Below are positions 1 through 9,583 of a DNA stretch of 64,000 nt, one piece after another (position 1 is the first letter of the stretch; every line of letters starts with the position of its first letter). Below the pieces are notes generated by a model. That model had not been told where the DNA came from. It did not search any database and saw only the letters and a program-made list of their open reading frames with translations. Where the stretch lies: contig CAUUCP010000005.1 of the NCBI GenBank assembly GCA_963543925.1, positions 2,361 through 66,360 on the forward strand. The letters are read 5' to 3'. The translations under genes and the position numbers were made by a program. The DNA comes from an uncultured Bacteroidia bacterium. GTDB lineage: Bacteria; Bacteroidota; Bacteroidia; Bacteroidales; CAJPTX01.

Positions 1-1416
1 TCTGCTTCCCATAATTTTGTGCGAAGAGGCTTCTTTTTACCTTGGAGCGAGGTACATACCCCTGAACCGCATCTACTACAGTGGGCACTTTCCCCATATG
101 GGAGCGAGTATATCCACCCCCTCGATACCTCACTCCTCTACTCTGCCTATACGATCAATGGCTACGAGGTACGGTGTGTGCCGCGCCGCTTCCGAGATAC
201 GGTTGCGCTCTCCTCGCTCGTGCCACGCCTTCTTTTCCCACAACCAGAACGGTATGCGAAAACGACAACGCTGGAACATACCCCTGTTGCTTCAAATGTG
301 GGAAAACCGTACTCGTACCTGCGAAATGCACTGCATTGGCACAGCTGGGGACCCTTCTATATCAATCCAAACCAAGATATTGAAACCGCTGTCGGGATAC
401 GCCCTGGGGTGTCGGCAATGTCGCAGAATGCGACCTCTACGTTGGCTGTGTATGGAGGGTATTTTATCAACCACGGGCATGGCGCTTCGCTCGGGGTGGA
501 TTGGCTGGGATCTTGGCCGCGAGTCTCGCTTGCGCTGTATACCGACCAGCGTACAATGCGCTATCTTTCCTATGATGGACAACATGCCGAACGGAAACAG
601 TACTACCATGGACAGCTGGGGTTGACTTTTCCCTATCATTGGGGTGAGGAGATGTATAATCACTCCTTGAGTGTTTCGTTGATAGGGAGCGTGAACAACC
701 AGCGTGCTGCTTCGCACTGGCGCGATGGGGTGTATTGGCATGTGACGGATTATTTTACACGATCGACGTTACGGGCTATGCTTTCCTATTCGTTGTTAGA
801 GCTTTCTCCGAGTCAGTGTCTCTATCCACGTTGGGGATTTCATGTGGGAGTTTCGGGGCGTACCGTGCTCTTCCCGATGTCGTTGTTTGGCAATGTGTAC
901 GAAGTATCTGCCAAGGGGTATTTCCCCGGAATTGGTGCTACACACGGGGTGCGACTTTCTCTTTATGGGTTAATACAGCAGCGAAAGAAATACGTACAGG
1001 AGTTCTCCCTGTTGAGTCGCGGCTTGTGGTTCGATGCGCCAGAAGCCCTCCGTCGGGGAACAAGCCTTTTCAAGGCAGACCTCGATTATGCCTTGCCGCT
1101 CTGTTACCCAGACCTCAATCTTTTCTCGGCAGTCTATCTCAAACGTATCTCAGCATACCTTTTCCTGAGCTACCGTAGGTTCGAGACTCTAGCACAGTAT
1201 ACCGAGCAGACCCGCGTCGTGGGGATGGAGATGATGTACGACCTCCACTTCCTTCGTACGCAATATCCGTGCAAGCTTGGCTATACGGTCTCTTACTCTC
1301 CGTTTGGAGATCCGCTCGGTCCGCAGTCGCGTGCCCAATGGTCGCTACAGGGGACGTTCCGCATCGGGTTATCCGATCTTTTGAAAGAGAGGGAGGGATT
1401 TCCAACGCTCTATTAG
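1..1416 (+). CDS. Hypothetical protein, C-terminal part (gene starts upstream of the window); possible outer-membrane beta-barrel
   Basis: The reading frame is open from nt 1, since tct gct tcc ... has no stop before the listed start at 19. The sequence is rich in alternating aromatic/Gly/Ser stretches (YTVSYSPFG, GLTFPYHWG, VSLALYTD). No family recognised. Confidence 0.5.
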   Translation, partial: SASHNFVRRGFFLPWSEVHTPEPHLLQWALSPYGSEYIHPLDTSLLYSAYTINGYEVRCVPRRFRDTVALSSLVPRLLFPQPERYAKTTTLEHTPVASNVGKPYSYLRNALHWHSWGPFYINPNQDIETAVGIRPGVSAMSQNATSTLAVYGGYFINHGHGASLGVDWLGSWPRVSLALYTDQRTMRYLSYDGQHAERKQYYHGQLGLTFPYHWGEEMYNHSLSVSLIGSVNNQRAASHWRDGVYWHVTDYFTRSTLRAMLSYSLLELSPSQCLYPRWGFHVGVSGRTVLFPMSLFGNVYEVSAKGYFPGIGATHGVRLSLYGLIQQRKKYVQEFSLLSRGLWFDAPEALRRGTSLFKADLDYALPLCYPDLNLFSAVYLKRISAYLFLSYRRFETLAQYTEQTRVVGMEMMYDLHFLRTQYPCKLGYTVSYSPFGDPLGPQSRAQWSLQGTFRIGLSDLLKEREGFPTLY

Positions 1417-1477
1417 TGAGGTGTAACTTTTTGTACACATCGTCGTCTTACGGTCATACTTCGGAAAAAGATCCCGA

Positions 1478-1960
1478 ATGACAACAGAAGAATACAACGA
1501 TTGTGTAGACCAATATGCTGACGGTCTCTACCGTTTTGCCCTTCGCTTGATGGACAATCGCGTAGTGGCAGAGGATTTGGTGCAGGAGGCCTTTACGCGT
1601 CTCTGGGAGAAACGCCAGGGGGTCGCTGCCGCGGGAGCACGTCCCTATTTGTTTACTACGCTTTATAATGCTGCGGTAGACCTGATGCGCATCACCAGAC
1701 CCCAAGTAGGAGTTGAGGAGGTGCGTACGGCGACTTTCCAACAACCGACGTTCGATATTCAGGAACGCTTGAACCGTGGCTTGGCGCTCCTCCCAGAGGT
1801 GCAACGTACGGTACTCCTCTTGCGAGATTATGAGGGGTATAACTATGCCGAGATTGGCGATATAGCACACCTTTCCGAGTCGCAGGTCAAGGTATATATC
1901 CACCGTGCGCGGCAGTTCCTGCGTAACTATCTTGGCGATTTAGAGGAGTTGATAGGATGA
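1478..1960 (+). CDS. ECF-type RNA polymerase sigma-70 family factor
   Basis: 160 aa. Region-2-like AEDLVQEAFTRLWEKR and region-4 HTH LPEVQRTVLLLRDYEGYNYAEIGDIAHLSESQVKVYIHRARQFL. Confidence 0.9.
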   Translation: MTTEEYNDCVDQYADGLYRFALRLMDNRVVAEDLVQEAFTRLWEKRQGVAAAGARPYLFTTLYNAAVDLMRITRPQVGVEEVRTATFQQPTFDIQERLNRGLALLPEVQRTVLLLRDYEGYNYAEIGDIAHLSESQVKVYIHRARQFLRNYLGDLEELIG

Positions 1961-2976
1961 ACCTCACAGACGAACTCTTGGCACGCTTGCGCTCTGGTGC
2001 ATTGGACGTAGACGAGGCGCTTGCCTTGAACGATACTCTAGAGCATCTCACAGAACACCCCAGTGAAGAAGCACTTGACGAGCACGTTGTATCTTCTTCG
2101 ACTGAGGGGATGGCAACAAATCTTAAGGCACGTCTGAAGCGTCCTGTACAGCAGATGAGACCCCTCTCCTCCTTCGAGGAGCTGTGCTACAAGGAGCTCG
2201 AGGGAGAACTCTCGGATGCTGAGCAGCACGAGCTCGGGGAGATTATCACGCTTTACCCCCAGTATGCTGCGCAGCGTATAGCCATTTTGCGTACTAAGCT
2301 CACTGTGCCTACCAACATAGTATACCCCCACAAGGAGCGTCTCAAACATTATCCTACGCTCTTTCATTGGAAAACAGTGTTGTGGAAAGGGATGGCGGTT
2401 GCCGCCTGTCTATTCTTTGTGTTGTGGGTGGGGATATCGCACCAAACCGACGACACGCGTATTGTGGTGGCAGAAGGATCGAAAGAAGTGCAACCTCAAA
2501 CGCAAACACTAACTCCTCCTCTCCTCGCCTTCTCTTCACCCTCGTCTGTGGATGCGAAAGCTTCTTTGTCAAAGAAGGACGGAGTAGTAACCAAGCCTGC
2601 GGCTACTACCGAGGCTGCTGCAACCATGAATACTTCGACCCCACTCCCTATTGACGAAGAAACCACTGCGACGATGGTGGAAAGTCCTCTCCATTACGCT
2701 TCCACAGAGGTAGGGAGAGCAGAAATGGACGAGGCACACCTTGCCCTTGTACCCCTCGCTTCGTTACCAGTACAACAGCTTTCTACAAATTGGACATTAG
2801 CGCTCGAGCCTCGCGACCCGATGCCAGAGGTCTACCACGACTGGGAGGCAATCGCCGCACAGGATGAACTAGCCGCCTTTGAAAAGGAAATGAAAGCGCT
2901 CAAGAAAACGGTACGTCCTGAACCGTCGTTACGTGCCAAATTTGTCGACTATGTCGTAGCACTTGCCTTGCGTTGA
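1957..2976 (+). CDS. Putative anti-sigma factor / single-pass membrane protein coupled to the ECF sigma gene
   Basis: ATGA start/stop overlap with the sigma gene (4 nt). One hydrophobic span (GMAVAACLFFVLWVGI) splits an acidic N-terminal part from a Thr/Ala/Pro-rich C-terminal part. No recognisable zinc-finger or FecR motif. Confidence 0.5.
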   Translation: MNLTDELLARLRSGALDVDEALALNDTLEHLTEHPSEEALDEHVVSSSTEGMATNLKARLKRPVQQMRPLSSFEELCYKELEGELSDAEQHELGEIITLYPQYAAQRIAILRTKLTVPTNIVYPHKERLKHYPTLFHWKTVLWKGMAVAACLFFVLWVGISHQTDDTRIVVAEGSKEVQPQTQTLTPPLLAFSSPSSVDAKASLSKKDGVVTKPAATTEAAATMNTSTPLPIDEETTATMVESPLHYASTEVGRAEMDEAHLALVPLASLPVQQLSTNWTLALEPRDPMPEVYHDWEAIAAQDELAAFEKEMKALKKTVRPEPSLRAKFVDYVVALALR

Positions 2977-3070
2977 TAGTGTGCTTGGATTTTAGACGAA
3001 GGAAGGTCAACGTAGTTACGAAGGTCGTATTTTTCCTACTCAATAGTCTTCTACTATCTTTTTGAAATAA

Positions 3071-3109
3071 GGGGCTTGCCATTCTGTGGTAGCCCCATTT
3101 TTCTTTTTG
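3071..3109 (+). terminator. Hairpin plus T-run downstream of the sigma/anti-sigma pair
   Basis: GGGGCT (3071-3076) pairs with AGCCCC (3091-3096) and is followed by ATTTTTCTTTTT. The loop is long (14 nt). Confidence 0.45.
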
Positions 3110-3150
3110 TTGTAAATTGCGGTGAAAGGACAGATAAAAGTAGTGATAAG

Positions 3151-3807
3151 ATGATGAAGTGGTTATTTCTTTTGGTGGTATCGAGCTTGGCAGCTCTGCT
3201 CTCCTGTACGACAGGGGACAATATAGAGACGCCAGAGGGGGTCGGGGAAGGTCTCGAAGCCTTTTCCAAAGCGCAACGCAAACAGGCGAATACCGCCGCC
3301 AGCGAGCCCTATTTATCCAGTTTTGAGAAGGAGGTCTTTCTTTACCTCAATTTGGTGCGCATCAACCCCTCGCTTTTTGCTAAGACATTTGTCCAAGGAT
3401 ATGAGGGTGCACCAGGTTATGCCAAGGGCTATGCTTTCGATGAGCGTAAAGCCTCTCTATTAGAACAGCTCAAATATATGCAGCCTTTGGAGGTCATCAA
3501 GCCCAATAAGGAGCTCTTTGATCTCGCCGAGTGTTTTGCTACAGCACATGGAAAGAAAGGACTGGTAGGACATGATCGTACGGGGACGGGGTGTGAGAGA
3601 GGCTATCATGCCGAGTGTTGCGGTTATGGAAAATATGATTCGGGGCTTTACTCCATTCTCGAACTATTGGTCGATTCCGGAGAGGGGAACGAGGCACTCG
3701 GACACCGACGAATCCTCCTAGGCGATTACAACTACATGGGGGTGGCACAGCGCGACCATACACGGTATGCCAAGTGTACTGTCCTGGACTTTTGGGCGGC
3801 GCAATGA
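3151..3807 (+). CDS. CAP/SCP (PR-1-like) domain lipoprotein
   Basis: I chose the internal start MMKWLFLLVVSSLAALLSC (lipobox LSC). The CAP-like core is FEKEVFLYLNLVRINP ... AHGKKGLVGH ... ALGHRRILL. Confidence 0.7.
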   Translation: MMKWLFLLVVSSLAALLSCTTGDNIETPEGVGEGLEAFSKAQRKQANTAASEPYLSSFEKEVFLYLNLVRINPSLFAKTFVQGYEGAPGYAKGYAFDERKASLLEQLKYMQPLEVIKPNKELFDLAECFATAHGKKGLVGHDRTGTGCERGYHAECCGYGKYDSGLYSILELLVDSGEGNEALGHRRILLGDYNYMGVAQRDHTRYAKCTVLDFWAAQ

Positions 3808-3854
3808 TAGATGAGGAAACGAAGTCTGTAGAAGTTTAATGAATAGATGACACG

Positions 3855-6800
3855 ATGAGGATGACCAGATTGGGGATACGAGCACTACTGCTTATACTCG
3901 TATTGTGGGGAACTGTGGGGCTACTCTTTGCTCAGAATGCCCCTATGAAATTGAGACTCCGAACAGATGACGGGGCTAGGGTAGAAATACCCGTCATCTC
4001 ACGAGGGTACTATACCCTTCGTTGGAAAACAAAAGAGGGGGATGACTGGAACTATGAGAGAGCAGAGAATACCTTTAAGAAAAAGTTGCCCGCCGTGGGG
4101 GAGTATGACTTTGAACTCGGACCAGAGAACATACGCCGTGTAGATTACAGCCCTAGTAGTGCCTCTAAGGCGGCGGTGCAGTTGCTCGAAATCGCTGCTT
4201 GGGGCGATGTCGTCTGGGATAACATGCGCGAGGTGTTTGCAGGATGTCGCAATATGGAGATCTCCGCGACAGATCTCCCTAATATGAGCTTTGTACACGA
4301 CTGTGAAGGGATGTTCTCTGGGTGCAGTACGATGAATAGTCCGAACCTCTCGGGTTGGAATATGAGTACGGTGCGAAATATTTCTGGGATGTTCGCTGGA
4401 TGTACGAACTTTAACCAGCCTCTTGATCGTTGGGATGTGAGCCATGTGGAGAAAATGGACGGTCTCTTCGTTCAAGCAAACGCCTTTGACCAACCCCTCG
4501 GTACATGGGAGCTGCGCGTATGCTCCAGATTAGCACTCCCGATAATGAGCGAGGAGAACTACGTTACTACGCTCCAGCAGTGGGCAAATAAGACGGGAAT
4601 GGTCGAAGGATTGAAACTCTATGCTCCGTTTCGTTCCTATGCCAAGTGTACGGAGGCAAGGACGAAACTCATAGAAGAGAGAAAATGGGAGATTACTGGC
4701 GATTACGAGCGTTTGGGATCTCCTAAAGGAACGAACCCCTTTATCTTCAAGATAAAAGCCCAAGCAACACGAGTATATCTACCACTCTTTGGAAAGGACT
4801 TCTCATTTACCTATCAAAAGGAGGGAGGAAGCCCTGTCGCTGTGAACAATGTGACGAGCATACCCTTGCCCTCTTTTGAGGCAGAGAAAGGGGCAACCTA
4901 TACGATTTCCGTTGCTCCGCAGGGGCTTGGCGCGTTTGGGATGAGACTAGAGGCTGTAAGCCCTGATCTTTTGGGGATAGAGATTACCGAGATCCTCCGC
5001 TTTGGCGACGTACAGTGGGCTTCGACAGCACGCTTCTTGCGAAACTTTACTGGGCACATCGCTGCCGATGCGGGAAGCCCTGACCTCTCGATAGTGAAAG
5101 ATGCTGCAGGGATGTGCGAAGAAATGGGAGAAAATACGGGGATAGATGTAAGCACGTGGAATGTTGCGAACATAGAGGACTTCTCCGACTTGTTTAGCTA
5201 TAGTTCGGAAAAAGGGGTAGACATCAGTACCTGGAAGCTCTACGCGTGCAAGAAGCTCGATTTGAGTAACTCGCTCCTAAGCCCAGAAATGTATGAGAAG
5301 GCCCTGAAAGCATGGAGCGAAGACCCAAAGACGAAGACAGGGGTACGACTCAAAGCAGAGGGACTGATCTATCCTGCAACAGCCAACGTGTATCGCCAAA
5401 AGCTCGTGACAGAGAAAGGATGGGTGATAGAAGGCGATGAGCTCCCTGATTTCATCTCCTTGTCCAAGAAAGAACAAAAACCACTCTACCAAGGGGCTAC
5501 ACACGAGTACAGGATCGCGTTTGGGAAAAATATTACCACTCTTGAAATAAACAATCTCGTCTTTACCTCAGAGCCTGTCGACGCCTTGACTTGTGAGGTA
5601 AAAACAGATGGTGTGGAGTATTTCCTGTCGGTAAAAGCCAACCAGTCAGGGAAAGTTACTATCAAGGCTACGCTACCCCAAACTGCCGCACACGGAACAG
5701 TGGAGGTAGCATACCCCATAACAGTGCTTGAGACACCCACGACCATCAAGGTCTATGACATGACGGGGAATGAGATCGCCGATCGCGTGACGATCAAAGA
5801 GGGAACTCTTACCCGTTTTAGAGCTGAGGTACAACCGAAGGAAATACAAGATTGGGCATTTGATATACAGCCCGTTGTCGTATTTACTGCTCTGGGAAAT
5901 GAGTTGACTTTAGACACAGACGCGACGCCTGGCACCTACACAGTCTCGGTGTCAGTCGAGGGGGTGGCGCAGCTGAAAAAGACCTTCCAACTGAAAATAG
6001 AGCCAGTATTGCGGGTAAAGCTTAGTCAAGAAAACCCATTGGAACTAATCCTTAATCGAGAAGAGGAAAAGAAAAAATTCCAAGTAGTAGCACAGGTCTT
6101 GCCAGCTGCAAGTGCTGCGAGCCAGAATGTAGTATGCAGTATCGAAGGTACAGATAGACAAGTGATCTCTATCTCTTCCGAGGGATTGATCACCGCACTC
6201 AAGCCTGGGACGCAACTCGTAAAGGTCACCGCAAAGGATAACCCAGAGGCTATCCCCGCCTTCTTGCCCGTAACGGTAGATTATAGCTTGGATCAGATCG
6301 CAATCCTCAAGGATGGACAGGAGGTCACAGAGTATACTATTGATTTGAGCGAGGCTGTGATGAACCCAAACGATGGCTCTTTCGTCCTAAAAGCAAAGTA
6401 CACACCAGAGGAAATTCTCAATAGAGAGGTGGATTGGGAGATCTCCGATGAATACTTCCGTAGGGAGGATCTCTCACCAGAAGAGGTACGTCTGACCCCA
6501 CTGAAGAAAGGCACGAGCACCGTGAAGCTGACCTACCGAGCGAATCCCAACCAAGATGCTACCCTTCGGGTAACGATAGAGCACAATGCTAAAGGGTTAA
6601 AGATCTTTCATGAGAATACAGAGTGTACAGGGGCACAGTTCCTGTTGTGGGAATCGTTGAGTAACGTGGTCTTCCAAGTGAAAGCGCTCCCTGCAGGCGC
6701 AGATCTCCCCACGGATTTGGTATGGACGTCGGACAACCCGAAGTTTACTGTCGTTGGCGGTACGGTAACGCCCACCGCTACTGCTGCGGCGGGGGATCAG

Positions 6801-8741
6801 GCAACTATTACAGTCAAGAGTACGGCACAGCCTACCCTAGCAGCCTCTTTTACGGTAAAGATGGTCAGTGAAGTAGTGCCTGCGGCAACCGCAGTAACAC
6901 TGCCCGTTACGATGTTTGAGAAGTTCCTAAACGATAGTTTCGACATCGGGGTAAGTGTCTCCCCTGCTACAGCACAGCAGTTTGTCGCGTGGGAGTACGA
7001 ACCCAAGGATCAAAAGGTGCTCGAAATCACGCCTACGGGAACCGTAAAGATCTTCCAGCTCGGAATTGTGAAGGTAAGAGCCGTCACGAGCAACGGAAAA
7101 TACTCAGCCTGGGCGACGATTAGGGGTTGTAACCGATTAACTGCTATACGATTTGTCAATCCTCCTACAGAGCTCTATGATAGAACGGAAAAGGGGAAGG
7201 TCTTGCAACTTGGCTTTACTCCCGACGCGCAGTACCCCAGCTATACCGTGACGTTTGACCCCCCAGAGGCCCTCGAGTTGATTCGGACTCCTGCGAGCTT
7301 CTTGTACGTAGTAAAGGTGAAGAATGCAAAGAAAGGAGACAAGGTGACTATCCGTCTATCAGTTCCTGCTCAGCCCGAGCTCGCAGCAGCAACTTGCGAA
7401 GTACGGATTGTGGAATACATCGACCTCAAGGGGCTCTCTGTGGCTCATGCCGATCAGGAATTATTGATGCTGGTCAATGAGCGTAAGACCCCCAACATAA
7501 CGTTCCAACCAGCAGATGCGACGAATAAGAAATTGAGCTGGAATTCTTCCAACCCCTCGGTCGCAGACTACGACCTTACTACAAAGGAAATTGTAGCAAA
7601 ATCTCTAGGTACGGCAACCCTTACTGCAACCTCGGAAGAAGGCGGCTACAAGGCTATATTTCAGGTAAAGGTGCTCAAAGAGAAGAAAGACCCCGAGAGT
7701 GTGACTCTCACCCCAACCTCCCTCCCAACTCTTTGGGTAGATAAAGCCTTTAATCTGACCGCTACGGTGAACCCCGCAGAGGCTTCGCAAGTCGTGCAGT
7801 GGGTGTTTACACCAGCAGATCAGGACGTGGTGACACTCTCCTCCGAAGGGGTAGGAAAAGCCTTAAAACCAGGCGTCGTAAAGGTGAAGGCGCGTACACA
7901 GAATGGCAAGGAGTCAGAAGAACTCGAGATCCGTGTATTGGCAAAGCTAGCATCGCTGACTTTCCAAGAGCCCGCAACCGAGGTATTCGTAGGGAAAGAA
8001 ACGAAGTTTACCCTAGCCTTTACTCCAGACACTGACGTCGATAAGTCTTGCGATATTTCCTTTACTCCCACAGAGTACATTGAAAAGGTAGCGTTGGAAA
8101 ATGGGGTATTGACCGTAAAGGGAATCAAACCTTTGGCAACGGGCAAGGTGACTATCTCGGTAAAGAGTACACTCTACTCCGATCTCCCACCTGCGACGTG
8201 TGAAGTTGAGGTAAAGGGCACAAACCATGTCGATGTGCCGATAGTGGTCGAGTCGATCAGTTTACCCTCAACCGCCACAGTCGAGGTGGGGAAGGATACC
8301 ACGCTCTTGGTGACTTTTAAACCAGAAAACCCCACCGATAAGACGCTCACCTGGACAAGCTCTGACCCCACCATCGCTACAGTAACGGACGGAGTTGTAA
8401 AGGGTGTGGCAGTGGGTACGGCCACCATTACGGCGACCAGTGTGAACAACAAACCAGCTTCGTGTACCGTGACGGTGACACCACCTACCTCTGTAGACGA
8501 AACCGTCTTTGCTGAGGTCATGGTAGTTCCGAATCCGTTCACTACGCACCTACGCGTTGTGAATCCTACAGGGGTGCAGATGCGTTATACTCTGGTGAAC
8601 CTTTCGGGTATAGCCCTTCGTTCGGGTGTCGTAACTGATACAGAGTTCTTGATCGACACCTCGACACTTCCAGCAGGTGCGTATTTTGTGCGTTTAGAGG
8701 CGCAAGGAGGCGCTCAAAAGACTGTAATGGTATCTAAGTAG
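3855..8741 (+). CDS. Giant T9SS-secreted surface protein: BspA/DUF285-type LRR N-terminus, multiple Big_2-like Ig domains, type-A C-terminal sorting domain
   Basis: 1628 aa with a signal peptide (LLLILVLWGTVGLLFAQ). DUF285 motifs are MFSGCSTMNSPNLSGWNMSTVRNISGMFAGCTNFNQPLDRWDVSHV. Big_2-like units include LTWTSSDPTIATVTDGVVKGVAVGTATITATS. The CTD is VVPNPFTTHLRV...LPAGAYFVRLEAQGGAQKTVMVSK. Confidence 0.9.
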   Translation: MRMTRLGIRALLLILVLWGTVGLLFAQNAPMKLRLRTDDGARVEIPVISRGYYTLRWKTKEGDDWNYERAENTFKKKLPAVGEYDFELGPENIRRVDYSPSSASKAAVQLLEIAAWGDVVWDNMREVFAGCRNMEISATDLPNMSFVHDCEGMFSGCSTMNSPNLSGWNMSTVRNISGMFAGCTNFNQPLDRWDVSHVEKMDGLFVQANAFDQPLGTWELRVCSRLALPIMSEENYVTTLQQWANKTGMVEGLKLYAPFRSYAKCTEARTKLIEERKWEITGDYERLGSPKGTNPFIFKIKAQATRVYLPLFGKDFSFTYQKEGGSPVAVNNVTSIPLPSFEAEKGATYTISVAPQGLGAFGMRLEAVSPDLLGIEITEILRFGDVQWASTARFLRNFTGHIAADAGSPDLSIVKDAAGMCEEMGENTGIDVSTWNVANIEDFSDLFSYSSEKGVDISTWKLYACKKLDLSNSLLSPEMYEKALKAWSEDPKTKTGVRLKAEGLIYPATANVYRQKLVTEKGWVIEGDELPDFISLSKKEQKPLYQGATHEYRIAFGKNITTLEINNLVFTSEPVDALTCEVKTDGVEYFLSVKANQSGKVTIKATLPQTAAHGTVEVAYPITVLETPTTIKVYDMTGNEIADRVTIKEGTLTRFRAEVQPKEIQDWAFDIQPVVVFTALGNELTLDTDATPGTYTVSVSVEGVAQLKKTFQLKIEPVLRVKLSQENPLELILNREEEKKKFQVVAQVLPAASAASQNVVCSIEGTDRQVISISSEGLITALKPGTQLVKVTAKDNPEAIPAFLPVTVDYSLDQIAILKDGQEVTEYTIDLSEAVMNPNDGSFVLKAKYTPEEILNREVDWEISDEYFRREDLSPEEVRLTPLKKGTSTVKLTYRANPNQDATLRVTIEHNAKGLKIFHENTECTGAQFLLWESLSNVVFQVKALPAGADLPTDLVWTSDNPKFTVVGGTVTPTATAAAGDQATITVKSTAQPTLAASFTVKMVSEVVPAATAVTLPVTMFEKFLNDSFDIGVSVSPATAQQFVAWEYEPKDQKVLEITPTGTVKIFQLGIVKVRAVTSNGKYSAWATIRGCNRLTAIRFVNPPTELYDRTEKGKVLQLGFTPDAQYPSYTVTFDPPEALELIRTPASFLYVVKVKNAKKGDKVTIRLSVPAQPELAAATCEVRIVEYIDLKGLSVAHADQELLMLVNERKTPNITFQPADATNKKLSWNSSNPSVADYDLTTKEIVAKSLGTATLTATSEEGGYKAIFQVKVLKEKKDPESVTLTPTSLPTLWVDKAFNLTATVNPAEASQVVQWVFTPADQDVVTLSSEGVGKALKPGVVKVKARTQNGKESEELEIRVLAKLASLTFQEPATEVFVGKETKFTLAFTPDTDVDKSCDISFTPTEYIEKVALENGVLTVKGIKPLATGKVTISVKSTLYSDLPPATCEVEVKGTNHVDVPIVVESISLPSTATVEVGKDTTLLVTFKPENPTDKTLTWTSSDPTIATVTDGVVKGVAVGTATITATSVNNKPASCTVTVTPPTSVDETVFAEVMVVPNPFTTHLRVVNPTGVQMRYTLVNLSGIALRSGVVTDTEFLIDTSTLPAGAYFVRLEAQGGAQKTVMVSK

Positions 8742-8766
8742 CGATTGGCTACTAAACGAGCGAATA

Positions 8767-8804
8767 ACCCGCCCTACTGCTCTTTTTGGAGTAGTGGGGC
8801 GGGT
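8767..8804. terminator. Imperfect hairpin between the convergent adhesin and RloB genes
   Basis: ACCCGCCC TACT (8767-8778) pairs with AGTA gtg GGGCGGGT (8790-8804) with a 3-nt bulge. There is no strong U-tract on either strand. Confidence 0.35.
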
Positions 8805-8853
8805 TGTCCTTTGATATGGGATGCTGCTAAAGTGTAGGCAGGCGAAGGGAACC

Positions 8854-9573
8854 TTATTTTTTGTTTACTGTCTTCTTGAGCTTTTCTAAGAGCTCTTTAT
8901 CTTCCCCTATCAGCTGCTTTACTAATTTGTAGACTTGCGTACATGGATTATGTTTTGCATAGTTTGTATCGGTGAAGCCTGCAGCAGCACGCGCTGCATT
9001 TTTGAGGGCTTCTTCTTGCGAGCCACATTCTGTCATAATGCGATAATTGTTGGGGTCATTTTTCTGGTACTGATAGGGAGTTGTTCCGTTGTATTTACCT
9101 GATTTATTTACCGCCCTGGAGATTCTATCCGCATATTGATTCCGATTCATCGCGGTGTCTACAAATTGAAAATGATATAGAAACCAAAGTTCAAAAGCTT
9201 CATTACTCCACGCACATTTTATTCCCACTTTATGGGCTTTTGTTATAGCAGCATTAAAATCCCTATTGGGAAAGGAATCCTTATCAAATACAGCCCATAT
9301 TTGGTCATATTCTTGTCCGTTGTCTTTTGCTTGATTAGATAAGCGTATGGCCTCGTCTACTACGCTGAGGGTATTTTTCCCACACCCCCTCACTTCTATC
9401 ATTGCTGTATTGCGACTTATTGTCTTAAAGGCATTGAAATAGTTCGGTTCAGTCTTTTCGCCTTCGCAAACGATTAAAATGCGGATAACAATCTTACGAG
9501 GGTTGCGCCTCTCTTTTTGATGTGCATAACGCCTCTCTAAGGCAGGCTCTATTTTAATTCTGTTAGCGGGCAT
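8854..9573 (-). CDS. RloB-like (Toprim-like) protein, partner of the upstream ATPase
   Basis: 239 aa. RloB hallmarks are ILIVCEGEKTEPNYF, IWAVFDKDSF and AWSNEAFELWFLYHF. It lies 10 nt downstream of the ATPase stop on the same strand. Confidence 0.85.
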   Translation of the reverse strand: MPANRIKIEPALERRYAHQKERRNPRKIVIRILIVCEGEKTEPNYFNAFKTISRNTAMIEVRGCGKNTLSVVDEAIRLSNQAKDNGQEYDQIWAVFDKDSFPNRDFNAAITKAHKVGIKCAWSNEAFELWFLYHFQFVDTAMNRNQYADRISRAVNKSGKYNGTTPYQYQKNDPNNYRIMTECGSQEEALKNAARAAAGFTDTNYAKHNPCTQVYKLVKQLIGEDKELLEKLKKTVNKK

Positions 9574-9583
9574 AGCAATACAT

